In this document: positions 9,041 through 17,027 of the stretch, in pieces
Numbering within the stretch: position 1 is the stretch's first letter
How the letters are laid out: every line of letters begins with the position of its first letter
From: Candidatus Gastranaerophilales bacterium
GTDB lineage: Bacteria > Cyanobacteriota > Vampirovibrionia > Gastranaerophilales > Gastranaerophilaceae
Length of the DNA: 64,000 nt
Assembly (NCBI GenBank): GCA_944324455.1
Contig: CALUWJ010000008.1
Location: 14,235 to 78,234 of the forward strand
Direction of reading: 5' to 3'
Notes under the pieces: generated by a model
Databases searched by the model: none
What the model saw: only the letters and a program-made list of their open reading frames with translations
What the model was told of the DNA's origin: nothing
Translations under genes and position numbers: made by a program

Positions 9041-10520
9041 ACAACTCCGTGACACAGCGAACGGAAAAGGCAGAAGTTTTTTCAGCAGCATATTTTTCCC
9101 AATTTTGCTCATTTAATTCATAATAATATACGTTAGAATAATAAAAAGAACCACTCCACACATGACTTGCATAGCAATTATTGTAAGGAGATACACCAAG
9201 GCAACTATTTGAACGGTCACACCAGGCAGATGAATAACCTGGTGAATCATCGCAAAGTTGTAATCCTTTGGCTTTACCTACTGAATATTTTGCCCAACTT
9301 TCCATTTCATCAATTTTAGCTAATCTCCAATTTTTACCACCTGCTTTGAAATTTTTACAAATATAATCAGCAGCATCCCAATTACATACAGTTCTTTCGC
9401 ATCCGCTATAAGTGCTACCACCATCATTATTGCAATTATATAATGATGCTGTATGACCTTTCCAACAACATTTTTGAGTTTCTGTATCGCAATTTTGATC
9501 AGCATTAATTATGGAAACCCCGCTAGGAATAGATAAAGTTATGCTATTTCCCATATTTTTACCTGTCACACAAAGTGGCTTGTTATTTGTAGTACATACC
9601 CCTATGAAGTCATTACCTGTGCAGAACGTGCTTTTTGTTAATTTAATTTCACAGTCTGTTAGGCAATTTCCATTATACAATGTGTAATTGCTGTTGCATG
9701 CCATACATTTGTCGGATGTACATGCTGTACAATTTGAACCAAATAAAGCGCTACATGTTGTACAAGCACCATTTTTTAATATAAATCCACTTTTACATGC
9801 GGTACATGCGCTTGTTGTGCATGACGTACAATTTGCTCCAAATTTAGAACAATCTATTTCGCATTTTCCATTTTTTAAAGTGTATCCGCTTTTACATGCA
9901 CTACATGTACTTGCGCTACATGCTGTGCAATTTGAAAATAAACTAGAGCAACTCTGACATGTTCCATTTTTTAACGCGTATCCATTTTTACACGCTGTAC
10001 AGGCGTTTATCGTGCAATTTGTGCAATTAGGGCCAAATAATGTATTACAATCAGCTATGCAATCATTTCCATTCAATATATAGTTATTTTCACAAACTGC
10101 ACATTTATCAATAGTGCATATAGCGCAATTTGTAAATTTATCAGAACACAATTGGCAATTATTGTCACTATCTAAATATTGACCATCAGGACAAGTTAAA
10201 CATTTTTTTTCTGTACATTTTTCACAATCTTCGCCATAAGTTTCCTTACAATCTTTGCAGGTGCAACTTGCAGTATCTTTATATTGATCACCAGCACATG
10301 TGTTAGGGTCAAGAGTACATCTTATACATCTTTTATCATCGCATAATGTACAAAATTCATTGAATTTATCAGTACAATCTGTTGTAAGATTAACTTTTCC
10401 ACCTTTTCCAAAAATGGTTGATGAGAATTTTTTAGTAATAAGGGGGGTAAAAGCAGCTATGATAGAAGCTATTACCATTAATGATATTACAAGTTCTAGT
10501 ACAGAAAAACCTTTTTTCAT
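9039..10520 (-). CDS. prepilin-signal protein with about 7 furin/VSP-like Cys repeats and a C-terminal lectin-fold module (paralog of 6847-8751)
   Basis: MKKGFSVLELVISLMV signal, same repeat spacing. C-terminal CCWKG...WRLAKIDEM...AFSVRCVTEL. AAGGAAG SD. Confidence 0.8.
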   Translation of the reverse strand: MKKGFSVLELVISLMVIASIIAAFTPLITKKFSSTIFGKGGKVNLTTDCTDKFNEFCTLCDDKRCIRCTLDPNTCAGDQYKDTASCTCKDCKETYGEDCEKCTEKKCLTCPDGQYLDSDNNCQLCSDKFTNCAICTIDKCAVCENNYILNGNDCIADCNTLFGPNCTNCTINACTACKNGYALKNGTCQSCSSLFSNCTACSASTCSACKSGYTLKNGKCEIDCSKFGANCTSCTTSACTACKSGFILKNGACTTCSALFGSNCTACTSDKCMACNSNYTLYNGNCLTDCEIKLTKSTFCTGNDFIGVCTTNNKPLCVTGKNMGNSITLSIPSGVSIINADQNCDTETQKCCWKGHTASLYNCNNDGGSTYSGCERTVCNWDAADYICKNFKAGGKNWRLAKIDEMESWAKYSVGKAKGLQLCDDSPGYSSAWCDRSNSCLGVSPYNNCYASHVWSGSFYYSNVYYYELNEQNWEKYAAEKTSAFSVRCVTEL

Positions 10521-10580
10521 TACTTCCTTTCAAACACAGCACAATTAGAGGTTTTTATTGCACAAGAACTAAGCTTTTTG

Positions 10581-10617
10581 TATAATTATGTATAGCAAAA
10601 TTTAATACATAATTATA
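10581..10617. promoter_or_regulatory. perfect 13-bp inverted repeat in the divergent promoter region
   Basis: tataattatgtat (10581-10593) and atacataattata (10605-10617), 11-nt spacer. Lies between the pilin-like gene and the HTH/S24-like regulator. Confidence 0.35.
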
Positions 10618-10805
10618 AGCGAAAGCCTAAATACACCAAAATCATCTATTTAGTTATTCGTAAATATGTTATTGTGTAAATTGATACCTTTAAATATGGC
10701 TGTTTAAGATAAACTTCTCATACTTATAATATTAATATACACATGTATTGTGAAGATGTCAACAACAAAAGTGCATAAATGTAAACTTTTCATAGAGAGA
10801 GTATC

Positions 10806-11417
10806 ATGAAATATTCTGAATTAATTAATGCCTTAAAAAATTTAATCAATTACGAACCCAAACAAATTGAATTATGCCGAATTTTAGACATCAAACCAAC
10901 TGCTATGTCAGCCAGAGTCCAAAGAAACAGTGATTTTAATTTAGATGAAATAAAAAAAATTGAACAAAAATATAATATTAAAATTAAGCAAACAGATGGA
11001 TATATAACATTAAAATATTTTGTAAAAAATATCAACTTTAATAATAAAAACGCATTGGATGGCGAGTTTATTGAATATAAACTGCCAATTGAAATTTTCC
11101 CATACAACGCAAAAGATAATACATATTCAATGTGCAGAGTAAAAATGTATGATATGAAACCTTTAATCAACTATGATGATTTTGTTATTTTAGAAAGTAA
11201 TTCTAAAATGCAAATAGAAAACGGGGAATTATACATTTTTAGCTATGACAAACAAGTTTATTTAAAACGCCTTTGCAAAAACATTAATCAAATTGTTGTT
11301 TTGTCTGAAAATCCTGATTTCACAACGCAGTATATAGAAAAAAATCAAATAGAAAAATTAAATCTGATAGGAAAAGTTATTTGTCACGGTAGAATTTGTG
11401 AAGAATATATAAAATAA
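10806..11417 (+). CDS. XRE-type HTH / S24 (LexA/CI)-like repressor with substituted catalytic Ser
   Basis: N-terminal HTH-like QIELCRILDIKPTAMSARVQ. C-terminal CI-like fold (MYDMKPLINYDDFVILE ... VYLKRL ... IGKVICHG). Confidence 0.6.
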   Translation: MKYSELINALKNLINYEPKQIELCRILDIKPTAMSARVQRNSDFNLDEIKKIEQKYNIKIKQTDGYITLKYFVKNINFNNKNALDGEFIEYKLPIEIFPYNAKDNTYSMCRVKMYDMKPLINYDDFVILESNSKMQIENGELYIFSYDKQVYLKRLCKNINQIVVLSENPDFTTQYIEKNQIEKLNLIGKVICHGRICEEYIK

Positions 11418-11432
11418 TTTGTCCAACAATGT

Positions 11433-11486
11433 AAAAAATAAAATTTGTTATAATTTTATACAAAATTATAACAAATTTTATTTTTT
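11433..11486. terminator. 25-bp perfect hairpin (loop atac) after the regulator gene
   Basis: 11433-11457 is the exact reverse complement of 11462-11486. Almost entirely A/T, with A-run and T-run at the ends. Confidence 0.55.
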
Positions 11487-11525
11487 ACAGGTTTTGTATA
11501 GATAATAAAAACACTTGGAGGCAAT

Positions 11526-12221
11526 ATGATTTCAGCTATTAAATTTGGCAGCACATATAAAATCAGTTCAAAAGACAACAGTTTTGAAAAATTATGGAAA
11601 CTTCAAAGCTTCACACATAAAACAAATCTTGAAAGTACACAAATTAAAGCAGAGAGCACTAAAAATTCAACAGACATTTCATATACAATTATTGCTCCTG
11701 ATGAAACAGATAAGACAATTGAAACTTTTTGTGCAAATAACGGAATTAATTTCAAAAAAATGACAATCCAATCATTATTAAATTCTCAAGGAATAATCAA
11801 TAGAACAAATCCGGCACCCGAAGGTAAAATTAAAACAATTGTTAATTATGATAAATTAAAATCATTATCAAAAAAACAAAACAGTAATATTGAACACTGC
11901 AAAGATGATTATTTGCAATATTACAAAAAAGAAGTAAATTCAATGTTGAAAAGCGGAGACAACATCACACCAACAAGTGTTTACATTACAAATAACGACA
12001 CAAAACATACAAAAGATTTAATTGAATATATCAAAAAATACGGAGCAGATAATTTAAACGATAATCAAATTTCAATTATTTTTAATCAAGAAACAGACTA
12101 CCCTGATCATTGCATGTATTTTGCAATGCACGATAACGGTATGAAAAATATACCAATTCTTGTTAATCAGGAAACATATTTGATTGGCTGCGCCTTGGGG
12201 CTATTTAATCAAAAAATATAA
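11526..12221 (+). CDS. hypothetical protein
   Basis: 231-aa ORF, GGAGG SD. N-terminus MISAIKFGSTYK. Confidence 0.5.
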   Translation: MISAIKFGSTYKISSKDNSFEKLWKLQSFTHKTNLESTQIKAESTKNSTDISYTIIAPDETDKTIETFCANNGINFKKMTIQSLLNSQGIINRTNPAPEGKIKTIVNYDKLKSLSKKQNSNIEHCKDDYLQYYKKEVNSMLKSGDNITPTSVYITNNDTKHTKDLIEYIKKYGADNLNDNQISIIFNQETDYPDHCMYFAMHDNGMKNIPILVNQETYLIGCALGLFNQKI

Positions 12222-12238
12222 ACAAAACAAATAAAAAC

Positions 12239-12433
12239 TTACCAAAGTTTGTTTATATGTGCTAAAAAAATATCATCCAATAAATAATGTTTTTCCATTA
12301 AACTAATAATTTCATCGTTATCTTGTGTTTTGATTTCTTTTTTAGATAAAATTTCTAATACATGTTTAACTTTTGCTTTTTCAATGCTATATTGCTTGTT
12401 TTCATGTACAACAAGTATAAATTCTTTTGCCAT
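12239..12433 (-). CDS. small hypothetical protein (64 aa)
   Basis: ORF with GAGAGG SD 7 nt upstream of ATG. No recognisable motif. Confidence 0.4.
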   Translation of the reverse strand: MAKEFILVVHENKQYSIEKAKVKHVLEILSKKEIKTQDNDEIISLMEKHYLLDDIFLAHINKLW

Positions 12434-12531
12434 TAATGCCTCTCTAGTATTTGCAATTTATACTCTATCATAAAATTTAAATTAGCAACCCTACCTAACC
12501 GGATAGTTTTTTTAATCACATAAAGAACAAC

Positions 12532-12561
12532 AAAATACTACCCAATTGGGTAGTATTTTGT
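12532..12561. terminator. palindromic terminator hairpin
   Basis: aaaatactaccc-aatt-gggtagtatttt, 12-bp perfect stem, downstream of the 561-aa gene. Confidence 0.55.
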
Positions 12562-12587
12562 TTGAATTATATAAAATTTTGCTAGCT

Positions 12588-14273
12588 CTATGCTTTTTGC
12601 TCTTTTAATTCTTTTTCTTTTCTTATTTCCACAATTTTTCGTTTAATTTTTCCACTAACAGGAACCATTAATACAGGAACCAAAAATCTAACTACAAGAG
12701 TAAATATTGTTAACGATTTAAATTTGCTTAATTGCTTCTTATACTTAGAACTTAGCGCATTTATTGCACGATTAACAGTATCTTTATTTGTTAAATCCAC
12801 GCTAGATAAAGATTTAACTATTTTTTCAGAATTCAATAATGTATCTGCTTTTTCTTTTAAAAATTCAACCAATTCTTCTTTATTTTCAGACTTCTTTAAG
12901 TTTTCAGGAACACTTTGTGCTATTTCTTGAATAATATTTTCATATTTATTAGCAGTTTTTGAAATCAAACCATCAAGCATTGTATCAATTAAAAATGCGC
13001 ATGTGCTTGAAACAATTGTTACTGTTGCAGTATGAACATTCAAACCTAATTTTTGACTCGGCTCAATTTTTTCAGATTTACTTGTATTATATATCCAATA
13101 TGCAGTAACCAATAATGATTCTATATCCCCCATTCTTGCAGAAGGTTTATTCAAAGGTCCTGGCAATGAACCAAGAGCGTTTACAACAGACTCTCCTGTT
13201 TTGGACATTGAAAGCTTTTCAACATTTTTTGCAATTAAATTAATAGTCTTTGTGTGCAGAGCACCCTTAAAAGCTATTTTATTATCTTTTTTTTGAGATT
13301 CATTATTTAATACGTCTTTTTTATCTTGAGAATTTGCATTAGCTTGTTTTTCTTTTGCTTTATCTGTTGTTCTTTTAGCAAACAATAATCCAACAACAAT
13401 AGGCAATAATATACTTGAAATTTTCGCCTTTCCAATTGCAACAGGAGAACCTGTAATATTTTTCCAAAATGAATTATAAGCATCTTTTTTATTTGAATTA
13501 GAAACTAAAGTTCTTGTAAAATTAATATTATTTTGAAATACTTGCTTATGCATGCTGTTAAATGAGTTTGCAACAGAAATCTTTTTAGCTTTTATTTCAT
13601 CAATAGTCGGAGTATAGCTTGGTGCTTTTAAGAAATTCACAAATAAAGCGCCGACTTTTTTAATACCATTTCCGCTAACAAAGCTGTCTTTAGCATTTTT
13701 AAGTCTTGCCAATAATCCTGTATGTTCTTTTACAACTAATTTTTCTGCTATTTCACCAAGATTTTTATTATCTAAAGTTACTTCTTTAATTTTGTTTGTT
13801 GCTTCATCAATATCTATAAGCTCAAGATTATTGTTTATGATATCGACAGACTTTTTAACAATACCGCCGGTAATCGTAATTCCAAAAAAACTTCCCAAAA
13901 ATGCCTGCAAGAAGTTTTTTGTTGCAACAATTTGTTTATCTTTATCTTCAGACCCCGGCATATTTAAAACAACAAAAGGCTTTAACATGCCCGCTACAAA
14001 CAAAGAAAATATAGCATTATATGCAGCTTCATTTTCATTTACAAATCCAATAACTTTATTCAAAAATTTATTTTTGATAAATTTATCAGACATAGAAACT
14101 GCTGACCCGCCAAAGCTAATCGCCTGTGCGGGTCTTTTTATATTATATTTGTAGTCATTTTTCTTCTCAAGATTATCATATACGGCAGTTGTATATTTTT
14201 CTTGCTCCTTAAAATGTATATTGTTATTATACAGCTTTGGGTTATTTTGCGAATATGTGGTATTTAGTTTCAT
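12588..14273 (-). CDS. hypothetical multi-pass membrane protein with two I(S/A)F(G/K)G-headed modules
   Basis: 561-aa ORF with several hydrophobic segments. ISFGG at aa 52-56 and IAFKG at aa 333-337. Confidence 0.6.
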   Translation of the reverse strand: MKLNTTYSQNNPKLYNNNIHFKEQEKYTTAVYDNLEKKNDYKYNIKRPAQAISFGGSAVSMSDKFIKNKFLNKVIGFVNENEAAYNAIFSLFVAGMLKPFVVLNMPGSEDKDKQIVATKNFLQAFLGSFFGITITGGIVKKSVDIINNNLELIDIDEATNKIKEVTLDNKNLGEIAEKLVVKEHTGLLARLKNAKDSFVSGNGIKKVGALFVNFLKAPSYTPTIDEIKAKKISVANSFNSMHKQVFQNNINFTRTLVSNSNKKDAYNSFWKNITGSPVAIGKAKISSILLPIVVGLLFAKRTTDKAKEKQANANSQDKKDVLNNESQKKDNKIAFKGALHTKTINLIAKNVEKLSMSKTGESVVNALGSLPGPLNKPSARMGDIESLLVTAYWIYNTSKSEKIEPSQKLGLNVHTATVTIVSSTCAFLIDTMLDGLISKTANKYENIIQEIAQSVPENLKKSENKEELVEFLKEKADTLLNSEKIVKSLSSVDLTNKDTVNRAINALSSKYKKQLSKFKSLTIFTLVVRFLVPVLMVPVSGKIKRKIVEIRKEKELKEQKA

Positions 14274-14337
14274 AGTACCTATATAAATCTTGTGAATTTT
14301 TTTATTTGCGTTTTTATTTAAGTTTTATTAATTTTTT

Positions 14338-15318
14338 TTAAAATGTCTTTAAAAGCGGTCTATAACAAACATCCATATACCCTTCAATTTTATCAATAAT
14401 TATTTTTTCAAAACTAATATTAAAAATATTATTTATTTCATTAATAAAAAAGCATGGACTTGTAATGTTTATTTCAATAACTTTCCCATCAATAACATCC
14501 AAACCTGCTAAATAAATTCCGTCTTTTTCAAATTTATCTTTAACTATATTTTCAATTAATTTTTCTTCTTCTGTCAACTGAGCAAATTTTAAAGTGTTAA
14601 TATTATGTTCGTTAAATTTAAAGTCATTGTTTGTTGCAACTTTTGAAACACAATAGTCATATATTTTACCGCAAATATAGATTAATCTTTTATCGCCATT
14701 TTTAATTTGAGACAAATATTCTTGAACCATAACTTGAGTTTTATAATTATTTGTTGCCGTAATTAATATAGAATTAATATTTTTATCTTTATCATTTAAA
14801 TAAAATACACCGGAACCGAAACACCTGTTTAGAGGTTTTATTATTATTTCTTTTTTTTCAAATAAGAACTTTTTAATTATTTTTTCATCAGCTGAAACAA
14901 TATTATCAGGAATTATGTCTTGAAATTCATTTATGTATAATTTTTCATTTTTATTTATTAAAGCAATGGGATTATTTAAAACCTTTGTTTTTGTATTATC
15001 TATGGAATTTAAAATATAACAAGCATTAATATAATCAATATCAACAGGAGGATCAGGCCTGAAAAATATTGTATCAAAATCATTTAACATAAAATCAATT
15101 GTATTTTTATCAAATTTGATATCATCATTTTCTTTATAAGTTTTATTTGCAATACAAAAAGGAATATTTCTTTTTTGATACAATCGGTTTTTCAATGTTA
15201 TAAAAACATTGTTATCTCGATTTAAATATTCCCAAATCATCCAAAAATTAGTAACAAGCTTGTTAAATTCAAAATATTTATATTCAATTTCATCTATAAC
15301 AAACAATATATTTTTCAT
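14338..15318 (-). CDS. glutathione synthetase-like ATP-grasp ligase
   Basis: Aligns by eye to E. coli GshB blocks (FRPDPPVD, NNP..L...NEKLY, IIKPLN..GSGVF, GDKRLIY, GLDVIDGKVIEINITSP). Start moved to MKNILFV at 15318. Confidence 0.7.
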   Translation of the reverse strand: MKNILFVIDEIEYKYFEFNKLVTNFWMIWEYLNRDNNVFITLKNRLYQKRNIPFCIANKTYKENDDIKFDKNTIDFMLNDFDTIFFRPDPPVDIDYINACYILNSIDNTKTKVLNNPIALINKNEKLYINEFQDIIPDNIVSADEKIIKKFLFEKKEIIIKPLNRCFGSGVFYLNDKDKNINSILITATNNYKTQVMVQEYLSQIKNGDKRLIYICGKIYDYCVSKVATNNDFKFNEHNINTLKFAQLTEEEKLIENIVKDKFEKDGIYLAGLDVIDGKVIEINITSPCFFINEINNIFNISFEKIIIDKIEGYMDVCYRPLLKTF

Positions 15319-15361
15319 ATCTTGATTATAACAAATAAATATTTTAGTGTATAATATTCTT

Positions 15362-15565
15362 ATGAAAAATTGTCCTTTTAAAAATACAACGTGCAATTCA
15401 GAATGTGCGCTTTTTATTAAAACAAGTGAACTAAACGAAATGGTGGCAAATCGACTAAAATCAATAGGAGTTATAGATTGCGATTGTGATGGAATATGCT
15501 CGCTTAAAAATATGGCGCTTGCACAAAGCAGATTTATTTTTGAAAATACAAAAGTATTTAATTAG
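15362..15565 (+). CDS. small Cys-rich hypothetical protein (67 aa)
   Basis: ORF MKNCPFKNTTCNSEC...DCDCDGIC. No SD. TATAAT lies 6 nt upstream of the ATG. Confidence 0.35.
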   Translation: MKNCPFKNTTCNSECALFIKTSELNEMVANRLKSIGVIDCDCDGICSLKNMALAQSRFIFENTKVFN

Positions 15566-15580
15566 TTTTGGAGAAAAAAA

Positions 15581-16633
15581 TTGTTTAAAGAAAACATTAT
15601 TTCGGAGTTAAAAGAAAAAATCAATTCAAACCCGACAGATACAGAGGGCTACATTAATCTTGCAAATTACTATATTGGAAGCGACGACCTGAATAGCGCA
15701 CTTAATGTATATAAACAAGTCCTTGAAATTGAACCTTGTAATTTCCAAGCTTTAATAAATCTTGGAAGCATATATTTTTACAAAAAATCATACCCCGACG
15801 CCATAGATTGCTACAAAAAATCAATCAATGTTGAGCCTGATAATTATGCTATATATTACAATTTAGGAAATGTATATGCAGAAATTGAAAATTTTGAACT
15901 TGCATTATCAAATTATCAAAAAGCACTGGAGCTAAACCCGAATAAATCGGATATCTATGCGGCACTAGGATATCTATATCAAGATGTCGATAATTTAGAA
16001 CAAGCAAAAAATTATTATTTAAAAGCAATTGAATTGGAAGATACAAACAGTGAAAATTACATCAGCCTAGCAAATATTGAACAAAAAATGGGCAATACTC
16101 TTGATGCTCTTTCTCATTATGAAAAAGCATACAGCCTCAACAATAAAGACATAAAAGCTGCTATTTGCCTTGCAAATACCTTTGCAACCTTGAAAAATTT
16201 CAAAAGCGCTCAAGAATACTTTGATAAAGCAATGGAGATAGATGAAAGCTATTATCCTTTATGGGTGTGCAGAGCAATTGCATATTGCGATGATAATAAC
16301 CACACTCAAGCAATTGCCGCCCTAAAACAAGCAATAGAAATAGACCCCAATAAACCAAATGCATATATATTGCTTGCCAATACCCTTGTTGACGAAAAAA
16401 GATATGAAGAAGCTTTAACAATATATAAAACAGTTCAAAAAATAATGCCTGATAATCCTAAAATTTCGGCATTTATTGCAAACATATATGTTATGCTTGA
16501 CAATTACACTCAAGCCACAAAATACTATAAACGCGCCATAAAACAAGCGCCGAAAGACAATGAAATTAAATTAATATATATTGAAATGGCAAATCAATAT
16601 ATTAACAATAAAATGAAAGGCATTTATGAATAA
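15581..16633 (+). CDS. TPR repeat protein
   Basis: Repeated 34-aa A..Y.KAL.L.P motifs. GGAG SD, TTG start. Confidence 0.75.
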   Translation: MFKENIISELKEKINSNPTDTEGYINLANYYIGSDDLNSALNVYKQVLEIEPCNFQALINLGSIYFYKKSYPDAIDCYKKSINVEPDNYAIYYNLGNVYAEIENFELALSNYQKALELNPNKSDIYAALGYLYQDVDNLEQAKNYYLKAIELEDTNSENYISLANIEQKMGNTLDALSHYEKAYSLNNKDIKAAICLANTFATLKNFKSAQEYFDKAMEIDESYYPLWVCRAIAYCDDNNHTQAIAALKQAIEIDPNKPNAYILLANTLVDEKRYEEALTIYKTVQKIMPDNPKISAFIANIYVMLDNYTQATKYYKRAIKQAPKDNEIKLIYIEMANQYINNKMKGIYE

Positions 16634-17027
16634 TACACTTCTTGATAGATTGGTTTCAATTTTATCTTATTATACATTTGGCATATTTAGCATAATATGG
16701 ATAATTTTTGCCAATCTTACAAAAAAAAGAATAAGCCAATTTCTAGCTTTTAATCTTTATCAAGCTATTTTTCTGTCAATTTGTCTTGCAATTATTTCAT
16801 TAATATATTCTATTGCAATTAATTTTATAAGCGTTATTCCTTTTATTGGAAATATTGCAAAATCTTTTGATTTATTCTTTAATCAAACCCCTCTATACTT
16901 TACTTTTAGTGTATCGGGTTTATTAATAACGATATTAACAACATATTTAGCAATAATGTCTTTACTTGGTAAAAAACCATATTTACCAATTATTTCTGAG
17001 ACTGTAACCTCAAATTTTGGAGGATAG
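16626..17027 (+). CDS. small membrane protein (Tic20/DUF4870-like?)
   Basis: 133 aa, 3-4 hydrophobic helices, FLAFNLYQAIFL motif reminiscent of that family. Confidence 0.4.
   Translation: MNNTLLDRLVSILSYYTFGIFSIIWIIFANLTKKRISQFLAFNLYQAIFLSICLAIISLIYSIAINFISVIPFIGNIAKSFDLFFNQTPLYFTFSVSGLLITILTTYLAIMSLLGKKPYLPIISETVTSNFGG

Noticed and set aside
6949-10548. Plus-strand ORFs inside the pilin-like genes (6949-7131, 7340-7528, 7559-7747, 8453-8851, 9688-9957, 10300-10548), and minus-strand alternate-frame ORFs 7986-8189 and 9320-9505.
   Set aside because: These are shadow ORFs. The periodic TGY/GCN/ACN codons of the Cys repeats keep the antisense and alternative frames open. Their products are H/L/V/Q-rich nonsense repeats with no SD and no independent support.
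15319-15396. Longer N-terminal extensions given by the ORF track: gshB-like to 15396, tpsA to 43330, DUF2229-like to 62391, maf from 59611, queC from 37607, aroC to 31049, coaBC to 32963.
   Set aside because: The extensions encode non-conserved residues, and the family-typical N-termini begin at internal Met codons. In two cases the extension runs through a terminator hairpin (62364-62399, 59582-59613). The shorter starts also give the compact TAATG-type junctions typical of this window.
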